From assembly GCA_963700925.1 (NCBI GenBank), contig OY969553.1, positions 4,444,710 through 4,508,709 of the forward strand: a stretch of DNA of 64,000 bases, in the 5' to 3' direction. This DNA is from an uncultured Actinomycetota bacterium. Lineage in GTDB: Bacteria; Actinomycetota; Actinomycetes; Actinomycetales; CAWJMD01. Positions 1 through 8,130 of the stretch are shown piece by piece. Under the pieces are notes generated by a model. The model worked only from the letters and a program-made list of their open reading frames with translations. It ran no database searches and was not told the origin of the DNA. Numbering within the stretch: the first letter of the stretch is position 1; each line of letters starts with the position of its first letter. The position numbers were made by a program, and so were the translations under genes.

Positions 1-551
1 GCGAACGGCGGTGCCGAGCCCGTCTCGACCAGGGCCGTGGCGCGGAACCGCTCGTCGTCGATCTCGTCGACGCCGGCGCGGCGGGCGAGCTCGCGCAGCG
101 ACGACGTGGAGACCAGCGTCACGGGCTCCGCGTAGACGACCGCGCCGGGCTGGTCGGCCCGCGCCAGCCGCACCGGGTAGCCGACCAGGCGCGACAACGC
201 CTCGTCCCAGGGACCCGGCAGGGGGTGCAGGACGGCGGTGCGCCTCCAGTACTCGGCGACGAGGGGCGTGCCGGTGGGCGTGGTGGCAGGGACGGCGAAG
301 TTGTCTCCGTCGGGGAGCTGGAGGTTCAGCGTCCCGTCGGCGTCCAGCCTCGGCGTGATGCGCAGCACCGGCGGGTTCTCGACCGTCCGCAGCACCGTGG
401 TCCCGCGAGCGGGGTGGTCCGTCAGCAGCGCGAACCGCCGGTCTCCGGCGGGTCCGGTGAGAGTGACCTCGAGCGACGTGGGGTGAGCGTGCGCCCCACC
501 CTTGATCGGCGATACGCCGAGACGCGCGACGGTGGACGTGGTGCTCGACAC
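1..551 (-). CDS. MOSC domain-containing protein (3' end cut by window edge)
   Basis: Own minus-strand translation from GTG (complement of 549-551): VSSTTSTVARLGVSPIKGGAHAHPTSLEVTLTGPAGDRRFALL...VRLARADQPGAVVYAEPVTLVSTSSLRELARRAG. This resembles a MOSC N-terminal barrel. GC3 is high. It is absent from the ORF track because there is no stop in the window. Confidence 0.5.
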   Translation of the reverse strand, partial: MSSTTSTVARLGVSPIKGGAHAHPTSLEVTLTGPAGDRRFALLTDHPARGTTVLRTVENPPVLRITPRLDADGTLNLQLPDGDNFAVPATTPTGTPLVAEYWRRTAVLHPLPGPWDEALSRLVGYPVRLARADQPGAVVYAEPVTLVSTSSLRELARRAGVDEIDDERFRATALVETGSAPPF

Positions 552-619
552 CGCCGCACCGTAGCCAACGAGGGACCGGGCGCCCGGGACGGGGTCGTGG
601 CCCTGGCCTGAGGGTGGCC

Positions 620-625
620 TAGATT
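620..625 (+). promoter_or_regulatory. Candidate -10 hexamer (TAGATT) for a leaderless helY mRNA
   Basis: TAnnnT hexamer with exactly 6 nt to the helY ATG (632). There is no Shine-Dalgarno sequence in between. This geometry is typical of actinobacterial leaderless transcripts. Confidence 0.35.
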
Positions 626-631
626 CGAAGC

Positions 632-3583
632 ATGTCGTCTCCGGCCGAGCGGTTCGCGGCCGCCCGCGAGCGGGCGGGAGGCTCCAGCAGTCAGCTGCAG
701 AGCTTCGCCGACGGGCTGGGCTTCGAGCTCGACAGCTTCCAGAGCGACGCCTGCGCTGCGCTCGAGGGTGGGCACGGCGTCCTCGTGGCAGCGCCGACAG
801 GGGCCGGCAAGACCGTGGTGGGGGAGTTCGCCGTCCACCTGGCTCTCTCGTCCGGACGAAAGGCCTTCTACACCACGCCGATCAAGGCACTGAGCAACCA
901 GAAGTACGTGGACCTGGTGGCGCGGTACGGCGCCGACCGCGTCGGGCTGCTGACCGGGGACACGAGCGTGAACGGCGAGGCGCCGGTGGTCGTCATGACC
1001 ACCGAGGTGCTGCGCAACATGCTCTACGCAGGCTCGTCGACCCTCGCTGGCCTGGCCTACGTCGTGATGGACGAGGTGCACTACCTCGCCGACCGGTTCA
1101 GGGGGCCGGTCTGGGAGGAGGTGATCATCCACCTGCCCCGGGAGGTGCTGGTGGTCTCGCTGTCGGCGACGGTGTCGAACGCCGAGGAGTTCGGCGCCTG
1201 GCTCGACACCGTGCGCGGCGACACCCGCATCGTCGTCAGCGAGCACCGGCCGGTTCCGCTGTGGCAGCACGTGCAGGTGGGGACACGACTGGTCGACCTG
1301 TTCGCCGAGGACGGGGCCGGCCACGGGGTCGTGAACCCCGAGCTGCTGCAGATCAGCCGCGACGACGGGCAGCGGCACCGCGACTCGCGCGCGCTCCGGG
1401 GCGGCCGTGACGGGCGAGGTCGCCCGGCGGTGCAGGGGCGCGGCGGGCCCGGCGCCGGGGCACGCGGGGGATCGCGCGGGGGATCGCGCGGGGGATCGCG
1501 CGGGGGATACGGGCCGACGACTGGCCGGGGGAGGCCGGGTGGCATCGATCCGCGGTGGGCCGCGAGCGGGTCAGGTGCGTCGAGGTCGGGCGTCCCGTCC
1601 CGCGCGCAGGTCGTGGAGCGGCTCGACGCCGAGGGGCTCCTGCCCGCGATCACCTTCATCTTCAGCCGCGCAGGGTGCGACGCCGCGGTACGGCAGTGCC
1701 TGGCCTCGGGGCTGAGGCTCACGACGTCGCCGGAGCGTGCGGAGATCCGCAAGGTCGTGCAGCAGCGCACGTCACAGATTCCCGAGGCCGATCTCGCAGC
1801 CCTCGGCTACCACGAGTGGTTCGACGGCCTTCAGCGTGGCGTCGCGGCCCATCACGCCGGCTTGCTGCCGACGTTCAAGGAGGTCGTCGAGGAACTGTTC
1901 ACGCGCGGCCTCGTGAAAGCCGTGTTCGCCACGGAGACACTGGCTTTGGGCATCAACATGCCGGCGCGCAGCGTGGTGCTGGAGAAACTGGTGAAGTTCA
2001 ACGGCGAGTCACACGCAGCCGTGACCCCAGGGGAGTACACGCAACTGACGGGCCGTGCCGGCCGCCGCGGCATCGACATCGAGGGGCACGCCGTCGTGGT
2101 GTGGCATCCCGGCCTCGACGCCGAGGGAGTGGCTGGCCTGGCGTCCACGCGCACCTACCCACTTCGCTCCAGCTTCCGGCCCACGTACAACATGGCGGTC
2201 AACCTCGTCGCGCAGGTCGGACGGCGCGAGGCCCGAGAGATCCTGGAGACGTCGTTCGCGCAGTTCCAGTCCGACCGCGCGGTCGTGGGTCTCGCCCGCA
2301 AGGTGCGCACGATGGACGAGGCCCTGTCCGGCTACGCCGAGGCGATGACGTGCCACCTGGGCGACTTCACCGACTACGCCTCGTTGCGGCGCCGGCTCGC
2401 CGAGGTCGAGAAGGACACGTCGCGCGAGGTCGCCAGGCGGCGGCGCAGCCAGGCGCTGGCCTCGCTCGAGAGGCTGCGCCCGGGCGACGTCATCCGGGTG
2501 CCCGCTGGGCGGCGCTCGGGCTTCGCCGTCGTCCTCGACCCGGGCACGGCCGGTGGCCTGGAGGGGCCTCGTCCGACAGTGCTGACCGCCGACCGCGACG
2601 TGCGGAGGCTGTCGCTCCACGACGTACCGACCGCCGTCGAACCCGTTGCGACCGTGAGGATTCCGAAGAAGTTCAACCCGCGAAACCCCGCCGCGCGGCG
2701 CGACCTGGCCTCCTCGCTGCGGGCGGCGCTCACGGAGGGAAGGCTGATGGAAGGGCCTCCCGACCGGCGGTCGCGGGCGGCCGACGCGGAGGGCGACGAC
2801 ACCCGCTCGCGCGAGACCGAGGACGAGGCCGTGGCTCTACGGCGGAAGCTCCGCCAGCACCCGTGCCACGGGTGCGCCGAGCGCGAGGACCACGCGCGGT
2901 GGGCCGACCGCTGGGCCAAGCTGAGCCGGGAGCGCGACAACCTGGTGCGGACGATCGAGGGCCGCACCAACACGATCGCGCGCACCTTCGACCGCGTGTG
3001 CGACCTGCTCGTCGAGCTCGACTACCTGCGACGCGAGGCCGACGGGCTGGTCGTCACGTCTGCGGGGCAGCGCCTGCGCAGCATCTACACCGAGAAGGAC
3101 CTGCTCGTCGCCGAGTGCCTCAGGGCCGGCATCTGGCGCGGCCTGGACCCGGCAGGGATGGCCGCCGTCGCCTCGGCCATCGTCTTCGAGGCCCGTCGCG
3201 ACGAGACCGGGATCGGCCCACGCACTCCCGGCGGTGCGACGCGGAGGGCCCTTGACGACACGGTCCAGGCCTGGTCTCGACTGCAGGACCGCGAGGCGGC
3301 CCACCGGCTGGAGCTGACCGGGCCCCCCGACCTCGGCCTCACCTGGCCGATCCACCGATGGGCGCTCGGACGGCGGCTCGAGCAGGTGCTGGAGGACGGC
3401 GACCTCACGCCGGGCGACTTCGTCCGCTGGACGCGGCAGGTGGTCGACCTGCTGGGCCAGCTCGGCCAGGCGGCCCAGGGCGGGCACGGGACACCCGCCG
3501 ACGCGGCGGTAGCTGCTGTGGCTCGGGACGCGATCGCGGTCATCGACCGGGGCGTCGTGGCCACCGCCGGCGTCGACCGCTGA
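632..3583 (+). CDS. helY: Ski2-like DEAD/DEAH-box RNA helicase HelY
   Basis: 983-aa ORF. Walker A AAPTGAGKT, DEVH box (VVMDEVHY), SAT motif (LSATV), and a C-terminal DSHCT-like region. It contains an Arg/Gly-rich linker. Confidence 0.9.
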   Translation: MSSPAERFAAARERAGGSSSQLQSFADGLGFELDSFQSDACAALEGGHGVLVAAPTGAGKTVVGEFAVHLALSSGRKAFYTTPIKALSNQKYVDLVARYGADRVGLLTGDTSVNGEAPVVVMTTEVLRNMLYAGSSTLAGLAYVVMDEVHYLADRFRGPVWEEVIIHLPREVLVVSLSATVSNAEEFGAWLDTVRGDTRIVVSEHRPVPLWQHVQVGTRLVDLFAEDGAGHGVVNPELLQISRDDGQRHRDSRALRGGRDGRGRPAVQGRGGPGAGARGGSRGGSRGGSRGGYGPTTGRGRPGGIDPRWAASGSGASRSGVPSRAQVVERLDAEGLLPAITFIFSRAGCDAAVRQCLASGLRLTTSPERAEIRKVVQQRTSQIPEADLAALGYHEWFDGLQRGVAAHHAGLLPTFKEVVEELFTRGLVKAVFATETLALGINMPARSVVLEKLVKFNGESHAAVTPGEYTQLTGRAGRRGIDIEGHAVVVWHPGLDAEGVAGLASTRTYPLRSSFRPTYNMAVNLVAQVGRREAREILETSFAQFQSDRAVVGLARKVRTMDEALSGYAEAMTCHLGDFTDYASLRRRLAEVEKDTSREVARRRRSQALASLERLRPGDVIRVPAGRRSGFAVVLDPGTAGGLEGPRPTVLTADRDVRRLSLHDVPTAVEPVATVRIPKKFNPRNPAARRDLASSLRAALTEGRLMEGPPDRRSRAADAEGDDTRSRETEDEAVALRRKLRQHPCHGCAEREDHARWADRWAKLSRERDNLVRTIEGRTNTIARTFDRVCDLLVELDYLRREADGLVVTSAGQRLRSIYTEKDLLVAECLRAGIWRGLDPAGMAAVASAIVFEARRDETGIGPRTPGGATRRALDDTVQAWSRLQDREAAHRLELTGPPDLGLTWPIHRWALGRRLEQVLEDGDLTPGDFVRWTRQVVDLLGQLGQAAQGGHGTPADAAVAAVARDAIAVIDRGVVATAGVDR
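1464..1509 (+). repeat. 12-bp tandem repeat (gcgggggatcgc, about 3.8 copies) inside helY
   Basis: Perfect copies at 1464-1475, 1476-1487 and 1488-1499, with a partial fourth copy. It encodes GGSRGGSRGGSRGG. Confidence 0.95.
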
Positions 3584-3635
3584 GCCCGCGACGGCGCCGG
3601 CAGAGTGCTGTCGGTGGCAGGCTTACGCTGGCGGT

Positions 3636-4652
3636 GTGAGCGACGTCCAAGCCCGCCCTGCTTGGCAGGACTGCGGGGGCAGCTACGACCCCACCGACGA
3701 GCGCGCCTTCGAGCGGCTGCCGGGGCGGGCCGTGTCGCTGACGACCCGGTTGGCCCCCTCGTCCACGAACCCGCGTGAGGGTCTGATCGTCGAGCGCTTC
3801 CTGCCGACGCGCGGCCGACGCATGGTCGGCGCCTGGTGCTTCGTCGACCGCTACGGCCCTCACGACGTGACCGACAGCGACGGCATGATGATCGGCCCTC
3901 ACCCGCACACGGGCCTGCAGACGGTCACCTGGCTGCTCGAGGGCGAGGTCGTGCACCGTGACTCGGTGGGCTCCCTGCAGACCATCGTGCCGGGCGAGCT
4001 CAACCTGATGACGGCCGGACGGGGGATCAGCCACGCCGAGGAGTCGCCACCGGAGCGGCCGCGTCGCCTCCACGGCCTGCAGCTGTGGGTGGCGCTCCCC
4101 GACGCCGACCGTCACACCGAACCGGCCTTCGAGCACCACGCGAAGCTGCCTCACCTCGAGCTTCCGGGGGTCAACGCCACGGTGCTGATGGGCACTCTCG
4201 CAGGGGTCAAGTCGCCGGCCAAGACGTACACACCGCTGGTGGGGGCCCTCCTGACCGTCGCCCAGGGAAACGGGGCTGACGGTGCCGTGCCGGGCTGGCT
4301 GCCCCTGAAGCGCCCCTACGAGTACGGCGTGCTGGTGATCGACGGCGACCTGACGGTCGACGGCCAGCCCGTCGACTCCGACGAGCTCGTCTACCTGGGG
4401 TGCGGGCGCGACGGGCTCGACCTGACGTCGTCCAAGGGATGCCGGGCGCTGCTGATCGGGGGTGTGCCGTTCTCCGAGGAGATCGTGATGTGGTGGAACT
4501 ACATCGGCCGCAGCCACGACGAGATCGTCGCCGCCCGCACGATGTGGAACGCCTTCGCGCCGCAGTTCGGCGTGGTCGAGGGTGCACGCGCCGCGCGGAT
4601 CCCTGCCCCGCCGATGCCGGCGAGCACCCTGCGCACCCGCGGACGGCGCTGA
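3636..4652 (+). CDS. Pirin family protein
   Basis: 338 aa with a cupin/pirin signature: GPHPHTGLQTVTWLLEGEVVHRDSVG...LMTAGRGISHAE. Confidence 0.85.
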   Translation: MSDVQARPAWQDCGGSYDPTDERAFERLPGRAVSLTTRLAPSSTNPREGLIVERFLPTRGRRMVGAWCFVDRYGPHDVTDSDGMMIGPHPHTGLQTVTWLLEGEVVHRDSVGSLQTIVPGELNLMTAGRGISHAEESPPERPRRLHGLQLWVALPDADRHTEPAFEHHAKLPHLELPGVNATVLMGTLAGVKSPAKTYTPLVGALLTVAQGNGADGAVPGWLPLKRPYEYGVLVIDGDLTVDGQPVDSDELVYLGCGRDGLDLTSSKGCRALLIGGVPFSEEIVMWWNYIGRSHDEIVAARTMWNAFAPQFGVVEGARAARIPAPPMPASTLRTRGRR

Positions 4653-4668
4653 GGGCCCGCGGGTCGTC

Positions 4669-5145
4669 ATGCGCCTGGAGCCGTTCGATCCGGTCGCAGC
4701 GCCGACGGTGTCGTCATGGGCCCCAACGGCGCAGGAGGTCACAGCCTGGTGCTCGCGCGCAGAAGTCCCGGTACCGCCTGAGGTGATCGCGGGCTGGGCG
4801 ACCGAGTCGGACGTCAGGGCCTTCGGGCTGGTGGACGATGACGGGTCGCTGGTCGGCTACGGCGAGCTGTGGATCGACGACGAAGAGGCCGAGGTGGAGC
4901 TGGCGCGGCTCATCATCGAGCCTGGCCGCCGCGGCACGGGGTGCGGTCGCAGGATGGTGGCCCAGCTGGTGACGCTGGCCCTGGAGCACTAACCCTCGGT
5001 GGTGATGCGAGTTCACCCGGACAACGCGGTAGCCCTGAGGTGCTATGCGGCAGCGGGCTTCTCGCTGGTCACGCTCTCGGAGCAGGCTGAGTGGAATGCC
5101 GGGCAGCCCACCGCTTACACGTGGATGAGCTACCGCGGCGCGTGA
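4669..5145 (+). pseudogene. GNAT family N-acetyltransferase interrupted by an in-frame TAA (4990-4992)
   Basis: ATG at 4669 (MRLEPFDP...). Motif A (EPGRRGTGCGRRMVAQLV) lies before the stop. The same frame continues after TAA as PSVVMRVHPDNAVALRCYAAAGF...MSYRGA* (motif B), ending at TGA 5143-5145. Total length is about 157 codons, a normal GNAT size. Confidence 0.6.
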
Positions 5146-5159
5146 CCTTGGCCCAGTGC

Positions 5160-5225
5160 CAGACTTCGGCCAGACTTCGGCCAGACTTCGGCCAGACTTC
5201 GGCCAGACTTCGGCCAGACTTCGGT
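5160..5225. repeat. 11-bp tandem repeat (cagacttcggc x6), intergenic
   Basis: Five perfect copies plus a last copy ending in t. The array lies between the convergent 3' ends of the GNAT (stop 5145) and the 92-aa gene (stop 5225-5227). Confidence 0.95.
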
Positions 5226-5503
5226 TAGCGGCGCAGGCCCACCTCGTCGATCGCGGCGCTGAGTGCGCGCTCGAGGTCGTCGATGACCTCGCGCAGCACG
5301 GCGATCTTGTGCAGGGCGTTGGTGGCCTCGCCACGGTCGTAGGCGTCGAGGTCGATGGTGACGCAGCGGCTGCAGTCGGCGATGTGGAGATTGGCTGTGA
5401 CGCCGGTCTTTTCGGCGTACACCTCGGCGATGACGTGGGCCCCGAGATGCCGTCGAGGACGGTTCAGGAACCGGCGCCGATAGAAGGGGGTGCGAGTGGG
5501 CAT
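5225..5503 (-). CDS. Hypothetical protein (92 aa)
   Basis: ORF with an AGGAGA Shine-Dalgarno sequence upstream of its ATG and GC3-rich codons. I recognise no family. Confidence 0.5.
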   Translation of the reverse strand: MPTRTPFYRRRFLNRPRRHLGAHVIAEVYAEKTGVTANLHIADCSRCVTIDLDAYDRGEATNALHKIAVLREVIDDLERALSAAIDEVGLRR

Positions 5504-5653
5504 GGCGATCTCCTGAGTGGCTGACCTTCAGCCTTGCTCGATCGGCATGGCCACTCCCTTCTGTGCGGCAGGTGAGGACGTGTTACAACCCAACAGCGTG
5601 CGCCCTGAAACGCCTGTCGTCCAGCGAGTTTCCCGGTTCGACGCCCTGCTGGC

Positions 5654-6652
5654 TCAGGTCTGCGCGGAGAGTGCCGTGAGCACGCGCTCGACGCTGGTCG
5701 ACAGGCCCCAGCGATCCGACAGGTCATCGAGCGCATCGGGGTCGGCCGGCGCCAGGGGCAGGGCGTCGTCAGCCTCGGGCAAGTCGGCGTCGCGCAGCAC
5801 GCGCACCACGGTCGGCGCCACGTCGAGGTAGTCGGAGGCCGCGGCGAAGCGGGCCCGCTGCGCCGCCGTCAGGCCCGAGCGCAGGTCGCCCACGGCCGCC
5901 CGGATCGACGCCAGGTCGCCGTACTTCTTCAGCAGCGCGGCGCCGGTCTTCTCGCCGATGCCTGGGACACCGGGGATGCCGTCGCTGGTGTCGCCCCGCA
6001 TCGTGGCGAGGTCGGCATAGGCGTCGCCGGTGTCCACGGAGTACTTCTCGCCCAGTAGTGCCTGGTCGACCAGCTGCATGTTGCGGATGCCCTTGGCGCA
6101 GTACAGGATCCGCACTGAGCGGGCATCGTCGACGAGCTGGAAGAGGTCGCGGTCGCCCGTGACGATGTCGACCGCGGTGCCCTTGGCCGCACGGGTCGAG
6201 AGCGTGCCGATCACGTCGTCGGCCTCGCACCTGGGCGCGCCAACTCGGGCGATGCCGAGGGCCCTCAGCGCCTCGGCGATGACCGGTACCTGGGGCGACA
6301 GCGTGTCGGGTACCTCCTCCTCGACCTCCCCCGCGGGAACGGCGTCGCTGGCCTGCTCGAGAGGGTTGGCGCCCTCGGCACCCGGGATCACCGGGCCGGC
6401 CACGCGGTGCGTCTTGTACGAGGGCATCAGCTCGACGCGCCAGGCGGGGCGCCAGTCGTCGTCCCAGCACGCGACGATCCGGGTCGGGCGGTACTCGGTC
6501 ACCAGGAAGGCGACCATGTCGAGGAAGCCGCGCACTGCGTTCACGGGCGTGCCGTCGGGTGCCCTCATCGAGTCGGGCACGCCGAAGAACGCCCGGAAGT
6601 ACAGCGAGGCGGAGTCGAGGAGCATCAGACGGTCGGTCGTCTTCGTGGTCAC
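5654..6652 (-). CDS. 5'-3' exonuclease (Pol I N-terminal / FEN-like)
   Basis: These are the last 332 codons of the 583-aa ORF, starting at GTG (complement of 6650-6652). Sequence: VTTKTTDRLMLLDSASLYFRAFFG...VTGDRDLFQLV...GIPGVPGIGEKTGAALL (H3TH). Confidence 0.85.
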   Translation of the reverse strand: MTTKTTDRLMLLDSASLYFRAFFGVPDSMRAPDGTPVNAVRGFLDMVAFLVTEYRPTRIVACWDDDWRPAWRVELMPSYKTHRVAGPVIPGAEGANPLEQASDAVPAGEVEEEVPDTLSPQVPVIAEALRALGIARVGAPRCEADDVIGTLSTRAAKGTAVDIVTGDRDLFQLVDDARSVRILYCAKGIRNMQLVDQALLGEKYSVDTGDAYADLATMRGDTSDGIPGVPGIGEKTGAALLKKYGDLASIRAAVGDLRSGLTAAQRARFAAASDYLDVAPTVVRVLRDADLPEADDALPLAPADPDALDDLSDRWGLSTSVERVLTALSAQT

Positions 6653-6698
6653 GCCGACACCCTCTCGCACGGACCGCTCCAGTGTCAGGTCACCCTCG

Positions 6699-6782
6699 AG
6701 CGGGCACAGCAGGAGGAACAGAGGGCCGACACGCCAAGGTCCGCGGCGTCCCACGGCGTGTCGTCCTGCTGCTGTGCCCGCT
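6699..6782. repeat. 84-nt nested inverted repeat (hairpin element, copy 1)
   Basis: AGCGGGCACAGCAG (6699-6712) pairs with CTGCTGTGCCCGCT (6769-6782). The inner arm CGACACGCC (6727-6735) pairs with GGCGTGTCG (6755-6763). The element sits in a divergent intergenic region. Confidence 0.6.
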
Positions 6783-6865
6783 GCGCGATGAGTTCTGGCG
6801 ATGGCGGCGGTCTGGAGTGGGTGAGGGCGAACGTCGCAGGCGGCACGAGCACGAGGAGGCGCACC

Positions 6866-7465
6866 ATGGGCAAGGTCATCGCGGGCATCACGACATCGGT
6901 TGACGGCTACGTCACAGGGCCCGACGACGGCCCCGGCTGCGGCCTCGGCAAGGGCGGCGAGCGGCTGCACTACTGGGTCTTCGGCGGTCCGTGGACGTAC
7001 GACGCCGACCCGACCGGGGAGATGACGGGCGAGGACAAGGCCTGGATGGACGAGGCGATGGGCGGGCTCGGCGCCGTCATCGCCGGGCGTTCGACGTACG
7101 AGGCGGCTGACCGCTGGGGTGACCAGAACCCTTGGGGCATCCCGCTCTTCATCGTCACCCACCATCCCGAGGAGCAGCCCGAGGGTGACGCCTTCAGCTT
7201 CGTCGGCAGCCTCGAGGAGGCACTCGAGAAGGCCAAGGCCGCTGCCGGCGACAAGAACGTGCACATCATGGGTGGCGCCGACGTGATCCGTCAGGGCCTG
7301 GCAGCCGGGCACGTCGACGAGGTCAGCATCATCGTCGCGCCGGTGATTCTCGGTGCCGGCAAGCACCTGTTCGACGGCTTCGCGTCCGATATCGAGCTCG
7401 AGCACGTGGGGGTGCGCCAGTCGCCGTACGCCACGTTCATCGACTACCGGGTGAGGCGGTCATGA
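6866..7465 (+). CDS. Dihydrofolate reductase family protein (RibD C-terminal domain)
   Basis: ATG at 6866 preceded by AGGAGG. Sequence: MGKVIAGITTSVDGYVTGPDD...VHIMGGADVIRQGLAAGHVDEVSIIVAPVILGAGKHLF. Confidence 0.8.
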   Translation: MGKVIAGITTSVDGYVTGPDDGPGCGLGKGGERLHYWVFGGPWTYDADPTGEMTGEDKAWMDEAMGGLGAVIAGRSTYEAADRWGDQNPWGIPLFIVTHHPEEQPEGDAFSFVGSLEEALEKAKAAAGDKNVHIMGGADVIRQGLAAGHVDEVSIIVAPVILGAGKHLFDGFASDIELEHVGVRQSPYATFIDYRVRRS

Positions 7466-7668
7466 CCGCCATCCCGCGCGGCATCGGCGCTCCCGCCACC
7501 CGCGCGCTGAACGGAGCCGGTCTGACCACGCTCGAGGACGTCGTGGAGGCCGGGCGATCCTTCGTCGCCGAGCTGCACGGTGTCGGCCCGAAGGCGCTGC
7601 GCGTGCTGGACACCGCCGTCGCCGCGGCTGGCCTGTGTGACGACGAGGACATCCTGCTCTGCGGCTAG
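7462..7668 (+). CDS. Small helix-hairpin-helix-like protein (68 aa)
   Basis: ATGA overlap with the upstream gene. It carries an LHGVGPKALRVL HhH-like motif. Confidence 0.45.
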   Translation: MTAIPRGIGAPATRALNGAGLTTLEDVVEAGRSFVAELHGVGPKALRVLDTAVAAAGLCDDEDILLCG

Positions 7669-7677
7669 AGTGCGCGC

Positions 7678-8118
7678 GTGGAGGAGACCGACCGGAGCAT
7701 CGTCCGGTTGCTGACGACTGACGGCCGGATGAGCTACACCGACCTCGCGAAGGCGACCGGTCTGTCGACGTCGGCCGTGCACCAGCGTGTGCGCAGGCTC
7801 GAGCAGCGTGGCGTGATCCGGGGCTATGCCGCCGTCGTCGACGCCGAGGCGGTCGGGCTGACGCTGACGGCGTTCATCTCGGTCACACCGTTCGACCCGT
7901 CGGCACCGGACGACGTGCCCGACCGGCTGCGCGACGTCGCCGAGATCGAGGCGTGCCACTCGGTCGCGGGGGAGGAGTCGTACATCCTCAAGGTCCGCGT
8001 CTCCACCCCGTCCGCGCTGGAGGACCTGCTGGCCCGCATCAGGGCGCAGGCGAACGTGTCCAGCCGCACGACGGTCGTGCTGTCGACGCCCTACGAGTCC
8101 CGTCCGCCGGCGGTCTGA
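7678..8118 (+). CDS. Lrp/AsnC family transcriptional regulator
   Basis: Sequence: DRSIVRLLTTDGRMSYTDLAKATGLSTSAVHQRVRRLEQRGVIRGY, followed by an AsnC ligand-binding domain. Confidence 0.9.
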   Translation: MEETDRSIVRLLTTDGRMSYTDLAKATGLSTSAVHQRVRRLEQRGVIRGYAAVVDAEAVGLTLTAFISVTPFDPSAPDDVPDRLRDVAEIEACHSVAGEESYILKVRVSTPSALEDLLARIRAQANVSSRTTVVLSTPYESRPPAV

Positions 8119-8130
8119 GCAACTGGACGG

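Noticed and set aside
422-1378. Long ORFs antisense to, or out of frame with, clearly homologous genes. Examples: 422-1378 (-), 1555-3255 (+), 8154-9392 (-), 8330-9982 (+), 14346-16043 (-), 17373-18350 (-), 33939-35936 (+), 53256-55430 (+), 61359-62378 (-).
   Set aside because: Their translations are Arg/Pro/Gly/Ala-rich low-complexity strings with no recognisable motifs. They overlap genes with strong family signatures. Stop-free alternative frames are expected at this GC content.
5156-5524. ORFs reading through the 11-bp array (MPDFGQTSARLRPDFGQTSARL… on the plus strand; …SLAEVWPKSGRSLAEVWPKSG… on the minus strand) as repeat-containing proteins.
   Set aside because: The unit length (11) is not a multiple of 3, so the apparent peptide repeat has a 33-nt periodicity only by accident. 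Both ORFs overlap better-supported genes.
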